From: Microgenomates group bacterium | GTDB taxonomy: Bacteria > Patescibacteriota > Microgenomatia > UBA1406 > GWC2-37-13 | Assembly (NCBI GenBank): GCA_049304035.1 | Contig: JBAQNR010000007.1 | Location: 4,548-68,547 of the forward strand | Length of the DNA: 64,000 nt | Direction: 5' to 3' | Shown here: piece by piece, positions 1 through 8,062 of the stretch | Layout: each line of letters begins with the position of its first letter | Numbering within the stretch: position 1 is the first letter of the stretch | Position numbers and translations under genes: made by a program | Notes under the pieces: model-generated | The model's database searches: none | Seen by the model: only the letters and a program-made list of their open reading frames with translations | Told to the model about the DNA's origin: nothing

Positions 1-124
1 CGAGATATTCTTGAAGTTCTTTTTCTGCTTGACTCCTCGTAGAAAAAGTCACCGGAATATCATCTTCCGTCCATGTGTTTACCCAACCATCACAAAAAGT
101 ATATTGTTGAACTTCCCATTTCAT
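1..124 (-). CDS. hypothetical protein (N-terminal part, ORF runs off left edge)
   Basis: ATG 124-122 preceded by AAAGGAGAA; frame open to window edge. Confidence 0.5.
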   Translation of the reverse strand, partial: MKWEVQQYTFCDGWVNTWTEDDIPVTFSTRSQAEKELQEYL

Positions 125-142
125 TTTATTCTCCTTTTTATA

Positions 143-454
143 TTATAAGGGTTGATTATGCGTAACATATCCGAAATAAATCATTAGCAATTCCACGAAT
201 TCCTTTACTGCGTCTTCATATTCCAAAGATGTTCCACAATATTCTGGAAATTCTTCTACCTCCCAATTTTCAATATTGTTGTTTGTATCCACATAATGAA
301 GATTGATAGTTGCATCATCGTCACAAATTTCATCGTCAAAATATGCCAATCCATCAGATTCCCACTTGTGTTCTAACATCCACTCTGTTAATGTCTTGAA
401 ATTTCTGAAACTTTTCGGTTGATTTTTATCCAAGTTCATATATAGCGTAAACAT
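143..454 (-). CDS. hypothetical protein (103 aa)
   Basis: track ORF; GGAGAA SD just upstream of ATG. Confidence 0.65.
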   Translation of the reverse strand: MFTLYMNLDKNQPKSFRNFKTLTEWMLEHKWESDGLAYFDDEICDDDATINLHYVDTNNNIENWEVEEFPEYCGTSLEYEDAVKEFVELLMIYFGYVTHNQPL

Positions 455-465
455 ATTTTCTCCTT

Positions 466-523
466 TTTATAATAGTTGGCGCATGACCGTACTGGAAAAA
501 TTCCAATACGGATAGAACAACTA
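466..523 (-). promoter_or_regulatory. stem-loop plus TCATG flank (degenerate member of PeSL-like family)
   Basis: arms 487-495/503-511 (one G.U on minus RNA); followed on the minus strand by TCATG and TATTAT box. Confidence 0.4.
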
Positions 524-547
524 TTGATAAAAGATAGATTTTATTCA
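524..547. repeat. AT-palindrome family copy (TGAATAAAA-N-TTTTATCAA)
   Basis: ttgataaaagatagattttattca; contains stop codon of 545-820 ORF. Confidence 0.6.
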
Positions 548-820
548 GGAAGTTCGGACGAATTCTTCAAATAATTCTATTGCCGCATCATTTGTCAAAG
601 TTTCCTCGTTTCCATATTTCTCGAAGTCTCCAACAAAACTCGCACTGGTTGGATAAAAACTCGGTCTTCCCTCTTCCAGTCCGACTATTTCACAAGCAAT
701 ATCGTATTGATTTGTTTTTCCATTGTTCCTGTGGGACATGGTATAAAATGCTTCATATACAAATCCACCATAAATACTTCTTCGATGAATTCCATTGAAC
801 TCAATTTCAATTTTTTCCAT
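545..820 (-). CDS. hypothetical protein (91 aa)
   Basis: track ORF trimmed to ATG 820 with GGAGGGAG SD. Confidence 0.6.
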   Translation of the reverse strand: MEKIEIEFNGIHRRSIYGGFVYEAFYTMSHRNNGKTNQYDIACEIVGLEEGRPSFYPTSASFVGDFEKYGNEETLTNDAAIELFEEFVRTS

Positions 821-1040
821 TTTGTTCTCCCTCCGATAATCCATCATCGAATTCAATGGTGTTGTCATCTGTAAACGTAAAGGTAATTGATTTTTCTCCT
901 TTCTTTTGTGCTTGACGAATTGCGTCTGCGATTTTACAGGGATTTTCTAATCCAGAAGACTCAACGTTCAATGCGCCAACTCGAACCATGCTCAATACCT
1001 CTATCCACGTGGGTTCTAAATTGATATATTTTGTTTCCAT
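807..1040 (-). CDS. hypothetical protein (77 aa)
   Basis: track ORF; GAGGAGAA SD upstream; 14-nt overlap with next gene. Confidence 0.6.
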   Translation of the reverse strand: METKYINLEPTWIEVLSMVRVGALNVESSGLENPCKIADAIRQAQKKGEKSITFTFTDDNTIEFDDGLSEGEQNGKN

Positions 1041-1052
1041 ATAATTCTCCTC

Positions 1053-1208
1053 TTAGTATAACACAGAAATACCAAAGTTATTGTTCCACAAAGAAAATCC
1101 TATAAGTGTTACCATTCTTTGCTTTCTGTTTATTGTAAAGAATTCCATTTCAAAAGCGGAAACGTGTTCTAAATCTTCAAAATAATATCCACCAAAGTTT
1201 TTTATCAT
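1053..1208 (-). CDS. small hypothetical protein (51 aa)
   Basis: ATG overlaps stop of upstream gene (TAATG); fills a gap in the array; below track cutoff. Confidence 0.4.
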   Translation of the reverse strand: MIKNFGGYYFEDLEHVSAFEMEFFTINRKQRMVTLIGFSLWNNNFGISVLY

Positions 1209-1417
1209 TATTCTCCTTTGACTAAAATTCCACCATTATCAAAAACAATGGTTGCAAAACAAAAAGGGCATGAGTGATATAGAGTGTCACCTATTGCATC
1301 ATTCACGTCCTCCCACTCGTCCGATAAAGCCCCACTACTGTTCAAGAGTTGATTTTGAAAATAAGCCGAAACACAAATAACATATTCGAGGCGCGAATCA
1401 CAGTGAGGACAATTCAT
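1208..1417 (-). CDS. zinc-ribbon protein (69 aa)
   Basis: CPHC ... CPFC pairs; GGAGAAAA SD. Confidence 0.6.
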   Translation of the reverse strand: MNCPHCDSRLEYVICVSAYFQNQLLNSSGALSDEWEDVNDAIGDTLYHSCPFCFATIVFDNGGILVKGE

Positions 1418-1418
1418 T

Positions 1419-1622
1419 TTATTTTTCTCCTTTATATTTTGGTAATTCTATCCAGATGCACCGAAATGGAACCATATATCCTATCTTATTCTTTTCTTCC
1501 TCTGTAAAAATGGTGGCAGAACCTAATTCAACATATCCAAAGTCTGCCTCCCAAAATCCATAACATTCTTCTTCCCAATACATATTATTCTTTGATTCTT
1601 CGGGATTGAATAAAACATACAT
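1419..1622 (-). CDS. hypothetical protein (67 aa)
   Basis: track ORF; GAGGAG SD. Confidence 0.6.
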   Translation of the reverse strand: MYVLFNPEESKNNMYWEEECYGFWEADFGYVELGSATIFTEEEKNKIGYMVPFRCIWIELPKYKGEK

Positions 1623-1623
1623 T

Positions 1624-1818
1624 TTATTGACACTCCTCTGTCGTCAAAATTCTGATGTCCTTCATGCAATTTGTACAACTCAATATTATTTTTGTTGGAG
1701 TTATAGTTGTGTTGGATAGCGTTCCCACGCATTCTGCTCCGCAATGAGGACAATCAAAGTTCATCCAAAAATTAATTTCTTTTGATTTGAAGATTTTAAA
1801 CTCTTCTTCTTTTTTCAT
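1624..1818 (-). CDS. zinc-ribbon protein (64 aa)
   Basis: CPHC ... CTNC; GAGGAG SD. Confidence 0.6.
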   Translation of the reverse strand: MKKEEEFKIFKSKEINFWMNFDCPHCGAECVGTLSNTTITPTKIILSCTNCMKDIRILTTEECQ

Positions 1819-1821
1819 TAT

Positions 1822-2037
1822 CTACTCCTCATAACTATCTACGGTTTGACAACATGGGAACAATTTAACTTCTGAAACCACCATGTTTTGATTTTTACAA
1901 ATATCAAAATAATGTTTTCTTGCTTTCTTTTCTGCCTCCTCTCTTGACGTTGCGTGAATACCTCTCAACTCATAGTGTTGTCGAAAAAATCCCTTCTTGC
2001 TTTTTAGTTCCACACGTGCATCATAGAATTCCAACAT
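1822..2037 (-). CDS. hypothetical protein (71 aa)
   Basis: track ORF; AAGGAGAAAA SD. Confidence 0.65.
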   Translation of the reverse strand: MLEFYDARVELKSKKGFFRQHYELRGIHATSREEAEKKARKHYFDICKNQNMVVSEVKLFPCCQTVDSYEE

Positions 2038-2069
2038 AATTTTTCTCCTTTCTAAATGGTTGTTGTTGA

Positions 2070-2130
2070 TATAATCTTACCATGATTGCCTAGTAAAGTC
2101 AAGTTTACTAGGCAAATAAGCAGATTATAT
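2070..2130 (-). promoter_or_regulatory. PeSL-like class I: stem-loop with -35 in loop plus extended -10 promoter
   Basis: minus strand TTGACT (2102-2097), 17 nt, TGgTAAGAT (-10 at 2079-2074); perfect 10-bp arms 2088-2097/2104-2113 flank the -35; outer TATAATCT/AGATTATA inverted flanks. Confidence 0.7.
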
Positions 2131-2151
2131 TGATAAAATTGTTCTTTTATC
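2131..2151. repeat. AT-palindrome family copy
   Basis: gataaaa-ttgttc-ttttatc, 7-bp perfect arms; holds stop of 2147-2389. Confidence 0.6.
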
Positions 2152-2389
2152 TATTCTTATCGATAACGTCTAGAATTTCATCCAATAGCGCATCTTCCGA
2201 CACGTTCAAAGCATCACAAATTTCTCCAACTTCCAACGGGTCTTCAAAGTGATATTCTGAGTTGAAAATATCCCATTGTTTTTCAACAACAATAACTTCT
2301 TTATAACTTTCCCCGAATTCAATATCAATTCGATAAGAACGCTCAATGATTGGCTCCCAACAATTTCCTAGTGAAATATTGTATTCCAT
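2147..2389 (-). CDS. hypothetical protein (80 aa)
   Basis: track ORF; GAGGAGAAGG SD. Confidence 0.6.
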   Translation of the reverse strand: MEYNISLGNCWEPIIERSYRIDIEFGESYKEVIVVEKQWDIFNSEYHFEDPLEVGEICDALNVSEDALLDEILDVIDKNR

Positions 2390-2390
2390 A

Positions 2391-2618
2391 TCAACCTTCT
2401 CCTCGATTATAGTTTTCCAGCATATTTTCCAATTTGAGTACGGCTCTCAAATCGGCATTATAAGATTCTAATCCAATAACAAGAGCGTCACAAGCAAACC
2501 ATTCATCATTTTTATCATCCCAAATCGGAGCATTATCAAAACGAGCCATACAAGTATCATCTGCAACAGAAAATTTTCCAGTATCGTGATTATAAACAAC
2601 TACGAAATGTGATTCCAT
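2391..2618 (-). CDS. hypothetical protein (75 aa)
   Basis: track ORF; GGAGAATAA SD. Confidence 0.6.
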   Translation of the reverse strand: MESHFVVVYNHDTGKFSVADDTCMARFDNAPIWDDKNDEWFACDALVIGLESYNADLRAVLKLENMLENYNRGEG

Positions 2619-2621
2619 TTT

Positions 2622-3134
2622 TTATTCTCCTTTATAAATCAAATATTCAGGCAAAGTATAGCACATAAAATCACCATCTGTTCCAATTGAAACGCCCCAA
2701 GGCGCACATGGACTACATGGTGTTCCACGAGTTGTAAATTTACTCCACAATACAACAACATCATTTTGACTATCGATTTTCGCCGCGAATTCTCCTTCTT
2801 CATCTGGAATATACAATCCTTCATCATCTTTTTTCCAGTCACCAATTAGTTTTGTATGTTCAAAACAATCCCATTCGCCGTTTTCAATATCCTCAATTTC
2901 ATCCATCCAATCATCAATCATATCTGGGCTTGGATTTTCTTTACGCCCTTCAAGTTCGATTTGTTGTGAGATTAATTCCACCTCCTGCCCATTGCATTCA
3001 ATAATTTCCTCGCAATCTAAACAAATTTCTTCTCCCCCAGACAAATATTCATAATTTAACTTATTGAAAGATATGACTCCGGGACTGGGAATTTCTGAAT
3101 CAAGCCATTTTCCGTAATTATTTTTGACAGTCAT
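2622..3134 (-). CDS. hypothetical protein (170 aa)
   Basis: track ORF trimmed to ATG 3134 with AAAGGAGAA SD. Confidence 0.65.
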   Translation of the reverse strand: MTVKNNYGKWLDSEIPSPGVISFNKLNYEYLSGGEEICLDCEEIIECNGQEVELISQQIELEGRKENPSPDMIDDWMDEIEDIENGEWDCFEHTKLIGDWKKDDEGLYIPDEEGEFAAKIDSQNDVVVLWSKFTTRGTPCSPCAPWGVSIGTDGDFMCYTLPEYLIYKGE

Positions 3135-3136
3135 TT

Positions 3137-3553
3137 TTATTCTCCTTTGATATTGTTTTCTAAATCTCGAATATTTACACGACACATATAAATTTCTTCA
3201 TCGTCCCATTTGCCACGACATTTAAATTGAATATCCCCATCTTTTTCAACAAGCACAGTGTAACATTCCAGATATTCTTGTTCCTCTAATTCTTCGTTAA
3301 ACTCTCCGTCAACCCATTCAATTTCTTCTTGTAAATTATCCTCAATCCATTCGTTATAAGCAATCCAAATTCCACCGCCAAAATAATATTTTGCGCTGAT
3401 AAAATCCGCGTCATATATTGCGGAAACATCAGATATATGATGCTTCAACTCATTGATTACTTCTCGTGTGATTTCCAAAACAAAACGACTTGGGGAATAT
3501 TCCTCTCCCCTATCTTCATTATTATAATATGCCTTTGCGACTAAATATGTCAT
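3137..3553 (-). CDS. hypothetical acidic protein (138 aa)
   Basis: track ORF; GGAGAT SD. Confidence 0.65.
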   Translation of the reverse strand: MTYLVAKAYYNNEDRGEEYSPSRFVLEITREVINELKHHISDVSAIYDADFISAKYYFGGGIWIAYNEWIEDNLQEEIEWVDGEFNEELEEQEYLECYTVLVEKDGDIQFKCRGKWDDEEIYMCRVNIRDLENNIKGE

Positions 3554-3816
3554 TCAGAATCTCCTTTTGAACCATATTGTTCTTCCATCAATTTATTGAA
3601 AGCATCAAAAATCATTCCATAAATCATTCCGCTTTCAATTGTCATAACATCAATAAAATGTTCCAGCGCTTTCAAATGATTGGAACCGGTTGAAGAAGAT
3701 TTAATCCATCCAAAATCTTCGTCTAAACACTTCTTCATCTCTCTTTTTGCAATTTCCAAATTGGGCTCATGATATGCTTTCATAAAATCTTTGCGTACTT
3801 CACTTACGGTTTTCAT
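3550..3816 (-). CDS. hypothetical protein (88 aa)
   Basis: track ORF; GGAGAAAA SD; ATGA overlap with next gene. Confidence 0.65.
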   Translation of the reverse strand: MKTVSEVRKDFMKAYHEPNLEIAKREMKKCLDEDFGWIKSSSTGSNHLKALEHFIDVMTIESGMIYGMIFDAFNKLMEEQYGSKGDSE

Positions 3817-4021
3817 TTATTTTCTCCTTATATTCTTCGTATTCTGTCTCAGAGTACATCAGTTGATAAACCGGCGTACCAAAAGCATTTTCAAACCAGT
3901 GCCATATCTCATATTTATTTGTTCCTATTTCAAAATGAAGAAACCGTATCTCTATACATTCATCGTCGTCAATGGGAACATCACCAAGAACATTCCACAA
4001 ATCCTTCACAGTAAAAATCAT
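3800..4021 (-). CDS. hypothetical protein (73 aa)
   Basis: track ORF trimmed to ATG 4021 with AAAGGAGAA SD. Confidence 0.6.
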   Translation of the reverse strand: MIFTVKDLWNVLGDVPIDDDECIEIRFLHFEIGTNKYEIWHWFENAFGTPVYQLMYSETEYEEYKEKINENRK

Positions 4022-4022
4022 C

Positions 4023-4187
4023 TTATTCTCCTTTTTGTTTCCAGTGAACATATTCAAAATTTAAATTTATCCAAAAAATAGAAAATCCCGTATGTGAATT
4101 GTAGTTGTCTCCATAGTGATATAAATCAAGAAACTCTCTAACAATTTTGATAGTCAAAACCCATCTTCTTCCTTGAATAAGAACCAT
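4023..4187 (-). CDS. small hypothetical protein (54 aa)
   Basis: ATG 4187 with GGAGGAAAA SD; fills a gap; below track cutoff. Confidence 0.45.
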   Translation of the reverse strand: MVLIQGRRWVLTIKIVREFLDLYHYGDNYNSHTGFSIFWINLNFEYVHWKQKGE

Positions 4188-4229
4188 TTTTCCTCCAAAA
4201 ATGTGAATAAAATCTCAGTTTTATCAATA

Positions 4230-4505
4230 CTATTTCTCGAATGTCATTCCTTGATAGTTTGTCACGATTGTGTAAACATATGAAAAATCCTCAACAACCA
4301 TGATTTCAATTCCAGAATCTTTCAACATTTCTTCAATGTAATGTTGAACATCATCTCTACATTCTGAAAGCAAAGAAAATTCGAATCCACAATCCCTTTC
4401 TTCAGATAGATAATATTCAAACATAATGCGCCTTGTACGCATGTTAATCCTGATGCGTATGGGAGTTTCCACCTCGTCATATTCACAATCAATAATGAAG
4501 TCCAT
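4230..4505 (-). CDS. hypothetical protein (91 aa)
   Basis: track ORF trimmed to ATG 4505 with AAAGGAGAAAA SD. Confidence 0.6.
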   Translation of the reverse strand: MDFIIDCEYDEVETPIRIRINMRTRRIMFEYYLSEERDCGFEFSLLSECRDDVQHYIEEMLKDSGIEIMVVEDFSYVYTIVTNYQGMTFEK

Positions 4506-4530
4506 TTTATTTTTTCTCCTTTTTATGATT

Positions 4531-4588
4531 ATAATCTTACCACGAATATCCACAATCGTCAAATTGTGGATACATAAGAAGATTATAT
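4531..4588 (-). promoter_or_regulatory. PeSL-like class I: stem-loop with -35 in loop plus extended -10 promoter
   Basis: minus strand TTGACG (4562-4557), 17 nt, TGgTAAGAT (-10 at 4539-4534); 9-bp arms 4548-4556/4563-4571. Confidence 0.7.
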
Positions 4589-5586
4589 CAGTCTATCCAA
4601 AATGTGTGGCAATGGGGACAATGCGTTCCACATGGAAACTCATTCAGATAATACGTATTTCTGTGTCTCCGCATATCCATATCCATTGGAGTACACCCAC
4701 CTTTTTCAAATGTTTCCTTATATCTTTTTTCTCTTGCTAATTCTTCCGCATAAGATTCATTTACCTTTGCCTTTTTTGCTGACGTTTTCTTTTTTCTAAA
4801 AGAAATTCCCGTTCCATCACACCAGTTTGTGGACATTCCACAAACTTCATACGTGTATGAATACTTCACTTCCTTATCGATAAAAAAGTTCTTAATCTCA
4901 AACGGAATTGCAAACTTATGCCCAACCAACTGGCAATTGTCACCCGCCCCATTCCAAGTGTCAATAATTGCAATATTTGGATTTGTAAATTCAACAACAT
5001 TCTTATCAGACAAATGCATCATCTCATTAATGTCACCGGTAAAATAAATCACCAATCTTCCGTTGTCACCTTGACGAATCATCATGTCAATGTCATTATC
5101 CCATTTTGTTTCTTTCAGCGGGATTTTTAATGCTTTCTTGATTTGTTTGCACATTTTATCAACTTCGTCTTGGTCTGATAAGCATCCGTCATAAAATTCT
5201 TCGCCAGTATCATAAAACATTACAATATCCCTTGTGTTTCTGATTAAATCTTTTATTGGGTCGGACTCGTCCCTATCCATAATAACATCCCGAAGATTTT
5301 CCCAGTGTTCTTCCATTAACTCTTCCGCTTCTTCTTCGGTTATGTCGAATTCTTTTTCAATTTCGTCCTTCAATTCTTTTGCAATAAAATCTAAACTATC
5401 GCATTGACATTCCCAAAACCAATCATCGCAATTTTGGTCAATATGACACCAGTCTTGTGTTCTTATTGCTTCCGCGACACTTTCCAGACTATCATCTAAA
5501 TTGCTTCGATAATCAACATAAATCAAATCATAAGACTTATTCAACAATTTTTCAATATCTTCGTAAGTAATTTCCTTAGTTTCCAT
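4588..5586 (-). CDS. hypothetical protein (332 aa), C-terminal CxxC/HCxHC cluster
   Basis: track ORF trimmed to ATG 5586 with AAAGGAGAT SD; no family recognised. Confidence 0.7.
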   Translation of the reverse strand: METKEITYEDIEKLLNKSYDLIYVDYRSNLDDSLESVAEAIRTQDWCHIDQNCDDWFWECQCDSLDFIAKELKDEIEKEFDITEEEAEELMEEHWENLRDVIMDRDESDPIKDLIRNTRDIVMFYDTGEEFYDGCLSDQDEVDKMCKQIKKALKIPLKETKWDNDIDMMIRQGDNGRLVIYFTGDINEMMHLSDKNVVEFTNPNIAIIDTWNGAGDNCQLVGHKFAIPFEIKNFFIDKEVKYSYTYEVCGMSTNWCDGTGISFRKKKTSAKKAKVNESYAEELAREKRYKETFEKGGCTPMDMDMRRHRNTYYLNEFPCGTHCPHCHTFWID

Positions 5587-5809
5587 TTTGAATCTCCTTT
5601 TTGAATTCAGAATATTTTTGTCGAGCAAGCCACAACGGGTCATCGTATCCAGAATCAAACATCTCCCATTTTAACCATTTTTTCCCAGTTTCTCCCATTC
5701 TAATATGATATGTTTCTGCCTCATGCCACAATTGTACCCAATGATTGTTTATCGTTTCTTCTTGAACGCCTCCACATGCTAACTCATATCTTGATAATTC
5801 TCTAAACAT
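5576..5809 (-). CDS. hypothetical protein (77 aa)
   Basis: track ORF; GAGGAGAAAA SD. Confidence 0.6.
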   Translation of the reverse strand: MFRELSRYELACGGVQEETINNHWVQLWHEAETYHIRMGETGKKWLKWEMFDSGYDDPLWLARQKYSEFKKEIQNGN

Positions 5810-6000
5810 TTTTTCTCCTCTATTTCGTCAAGAATTTCGTTTACTCCTACGGAGTACCCTGCGTCAAAAGTTGTTTTTAGACTTCTTAGAACTTGTTTTT
5901 CCAGTTCCTCGTCCGTTATTTCATCCATATAGTGCATTTTTATGCTTAACATAATATTTTTTAAAAATCTCTCAGGTGTTGGTATTGGATAGCGATTCAT
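5779..6000 (-). CDS. hypothetical protein (73 aa)
   Basis: track ORF; AAGGAGATAAC SD. Confidence 0.6.
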   Translation of the reverse strand: MNRYPIPTPERFLKNIMLSIKMHYMDEITDEELEKQVLRSLKTTFDAGYSVGVNEILDEIEEKKCLENYQDMS

Positions 6001-6014
6001 GTTATCTCCTTTTG

Positions 6015-6070
6015 ATTATAATTCATAATACCATGATTGTACAGGAGATTCTCCTGTACAAATAAGACTA
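6015..6070 (-). promoter_or_regulatory. PeSL-like class II: palindromic stem-loop plus extended -10 promoter
   Basis: 25-bp near-perfect palindrome 6037-6061; on the minus strand followed by TCA-TGgTATTAT (-10 at 6030-6025). Confidence 0.6.
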
Positions 6071-6093
6071 TGAATAAAATCGTACTTTTATCA
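6071..6093. repeat. AT-palindrome family copy
   Basis: tgaataaaatcgtacttttatca. Confidence 0.6.
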
Positions 6094-6094
6094 A

Positions 6095-6595
6095 TTATCG
6101 CGCCCAGTATTCCACCCCGTCAAAATCCCCAGATGTATAATCTTGTTGCAATTCTTCTGCCGCTTCTTTCCAGTCTATGCAATTCAACGGCCAACCCTCA
6201 CTTCCATCTATTGTTCCAATATCATTTGCCAATTCTTTTGCATATTCAACAAAATAAGAATCCCTAATCAGAGTTGTTCCATGATTCCAGTCTGGACAAT
6301 ATCCTTCAAATTCATCTTGAAAATCCCTCAGTGATTTCAATTCGATTGCTTCATCCGAGTCTTCCCAGTCTGTTTCCAATTTCTCAATTTGACTTCTTAA
6401 TTCACGAATCTCCTCATCTAACTCATCTATTTTATCTTCAGAATCTTCTCTCGTCAATTCCAAATCTTCAATCTCGTCCTCTAAATCCTGGACTTTATCT
6501 TCAAAAATATCCTCATCGCTTTCTAATTCCTCAATTCGTTCAATAATATCACGACTGTCTAAAATATCTTCTGAATTATCAATATTCCTTCGCAT
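6095..6595 (-). CDS. acidic protein, ArdA-like C-terminal domain (candidate anti-restriction DNA mimic)
   Basis: N-terminal D/E-rich coiled segment; C-terminus DSYFVEYAKE...NCIDWKEAAEELQQDYTSGDFDG resembles my recollection of the Tn916 ArdA tail (DMYDVARYYIEE...NYIDYQAYGRDLDLSG). Confidence 0.4.
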   Translation of the reverse strand: MRRNIDNSEDILDSRDIIERIEELESDEDIFEDKVQDLEDEIEDLELTREDSEDKIDELDEEIRELRSQIEKLETDWEDSDEAIELKSLRDFQDEFEGYCPDWNHGTTLIRDSYFVEYAKELANDIGTIDGSEGWPLNCIDWKEAAEELQQDYTSGDFDGVEYWAR

Positions 6596-6604
6596 ATTTT
6601 CTCC

Positions 6605-6943
6605 TTATGAATAATATGTATAAACTTTCAAAAATTCACCATATTCATCAGACCATTTTATCAGCACACCAGAAAAGAAACTATCGGATTTATGTCCATC
6701 AAACTTAATCGGACATTCTTCAAATGGACAATTTTTTCCATCAACACGCATAAACTCACCCAAATCAAAAACCCAATTCTTATATTTGAAAAAAGCATTA
6801 TTTTCCAATTCTTCTGCGTCATAATAATCGAATTCTTTCTTCCATTTATCAGACAACTCATATCCATAAATAATTGGAACATCATGATTATTTCCGAAAA
6901 TCTTCAATCCATCTTCATTTTGCCAAAGCGGTTTGCTCAACAT
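6605..6943 (-). CDS. hypothetical protein (112 aa)
   Basis: track ORF trimmed to ATG 6943 with AAGGAGAAAA SD. Confidence 0.6.
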   Translation of the reverse strand: MLSKPLWQNEDGLKIFGNNHDVPIIYGYELSDKWKKEFDYYDAEELENNAFFKYKNWVFDLGEFMRVDGKNCPFEECPIKFDGHKSDSFFSGVLIKWSDEYGEFLKVYTYYS

Positions 6944-6956
6944 TTTTTTCTCCTTA

Positions 6957-7289
6957 TTATTTTGCTTCAATAAAAAATCTCGCCCCATCATATTTAATTT
7001 TGTTCCACCACGTCCAAGTATTATTTCTTTTATAAGAGTATTCGTTGTTTTTTAGCCAATCTTCAAATTCATCGAAATGAGCGCTGTGTTGGTCAGAATT
7101 TCCCAGTATTGGAAACAATGAAACATCATAGCAGTCATATACGCCATTATAAGAAACGGAGAACTCCTTTCTTTCCCCGTGCCACGTTCCAAGATAAACA
7201 TTGTCGTGATTTAATCCAGCAAACAACAACTCTTCAATACTCCAATATTCTGGCTCATCCTTTTTCATCTTACACAATACGAGTTTCAT
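6957..7289 (-). CDS. hypothetical protein (110 aa)
   Basis: track ORF; AAGGAGAAAA SD. Confidence 0.6.
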   Translation of the reverse strand: MKLVLCKMKKDEPEYWSIEELLFAGLNHDNVYLGTWHGERKEFSVSYNGVYDCYDVSLFPILGNSDQHSAHFDEFEDWLKNNEYSYKRNNTWTWWNKIKYDGARFFIEAK

Positions 7290-7304
7290 TTTTTTCTCCT
7301 TATA

Positions 7305-7328
7305 TGAATAAAAGCGTCATTTTATTTA
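7305..7328. repeat. AT-palindrome family copy
   Basis: tgaataaaagcgtcattttattta; loop similar to copies at 7751 and 7941. Confidence 0.6.
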
Positions 7329-7735
7329 GAAATATCGACAAGTGCTTTCTGATACTTTTTAATTAGTTGTGTCTTGTTTCCGAGAATACTTTCTTTTAGG
7401 TTACAAATTATGTCGCATATCTTTATAACTTTCGCAACGCTGTGTCTGGAAACTCTTGATATATATTCATCATAAGTTTCTGTTTCATAATGGGTTAGCG
7501 CATGAACATTGTCTCCAACAAAATTCCCAAAATAGTGGCTGATTTCAGCCCATCCCGTTTCTGTGTCCTCAACAACATCGTGCAATATTGCTATAATTTG
7601 ATAATATTCATCATATCCCAATTCTGAAACAAGATTTGAAACTTGTTCAAGATGATAAAAATACGGTTTATTTCCATACATTTGTTTTCCGTGTTTGTTT
7701 TTTGCGAAATATTTTGCCTCATCGAGTAATTTCAT
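7322..7735 (-). CDS. HD-domain phosphohydrolase, SpoT/RelA-hydrolase-like (small alarmone hydrolase candidate)
   Basis: KHGKQMYGNKPYFYHLEQV ... IAILHDVVEDT matches the (p)ppGpp hydrolase HD signature; 137 aa single domain. Confidence 0.7.
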   Translation of the reverse strand: MKLLDEAKYFAKNKHGKQMYGNKPYFYHLEQVSNLVSELGYDEYYQIIAILHDVVEDTETGWAEISHYFGNFVGDNVHALTHYETETYDEYISRVSRHSVAKVIKICDIICNLKESILGNKTQLIKKYQKALVDISK

Positions 7736-7750
7736 TTTTAATCTCCTTTA

Positions 7751-7776
7751 TGAATAAAATAGCGTCATTTTATTCG
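7751..7776. repeat. AT-palindrome family copy (perfect 9-bp arms)
   Basis: gaataaaat-agcgtc-attttattc. Confidence 0.7.
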
Positions 7777-7925
7777 ATTGTGTGAGTCTCAATATAATAA
7801 TGGTTATGCTCATTTTCATATTGTTCCGACAATTGATTTTTTATAGAAATTGCATCATCTTCCTTTTCAAAAACTCCAATAACACTAGTGTATTCTGAAT
7901 CTTCAAATAAAATATGTACTTCCAT
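7770..7925 (-). CDS. small hypothetical protein (51 aa)
   Basis: ATG 7925 with AAAGGAGAT SD; stop lies inside the palindrome; below track cutoff. Confidence 0.45.
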   Translation of the reverse strand: MEVHILFEDSEYTSVIGVFEKEDDAISIKNQLSEQYENEHNHYYIETHTIE

Positions 7926-7940
7926 TTTAATCTCCTTTTA

Positions 7941-7964
7941 TGAATAAAATAGTGTTTTTATTCA
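7941..7964. repeat. AT-palindrome family copy (perfect 9-bp arms)
   Basis: tgaataaaa-tagtgt-ttttattca. Confidence 0.7.
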
Positions 7965-8062
7965 TTCTCTTTGAATTCAGACCTATTCTTGGGCTCAAAA
8001 ATATCATCCCTGACCAGTCCTTTCCTGAAAAGAAAATCAATTATAAAAGACCATAGTTTCAT
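7958..8062 (-). CDS. 34-aa ORF translationally coupled to the radical SAM gene
   Basis: ATGA overlap with radical SAM stop (8062-8059); MKLWSFIIDFLFRKGLVRDDIFEPKNRSEFKENE; no SD of its own. Confidence 0.35.
   Translation of the reverse strand: MKLWSFIIDFLFRKGLVRDDIFEPKNRSEFKENE

Noticed and set aside
1523-1753. Alternative-frame minus-strand ORFs overlapping called genes (1523-1753, 2639-2845, 6661-6885, 12534-12767, 19193-19381, 20840-21022, 29493-30038)
   Set aside because: Each is embedded in a longer ORF that has a proper SD/start and sensible protein composition. None has independent start signals.
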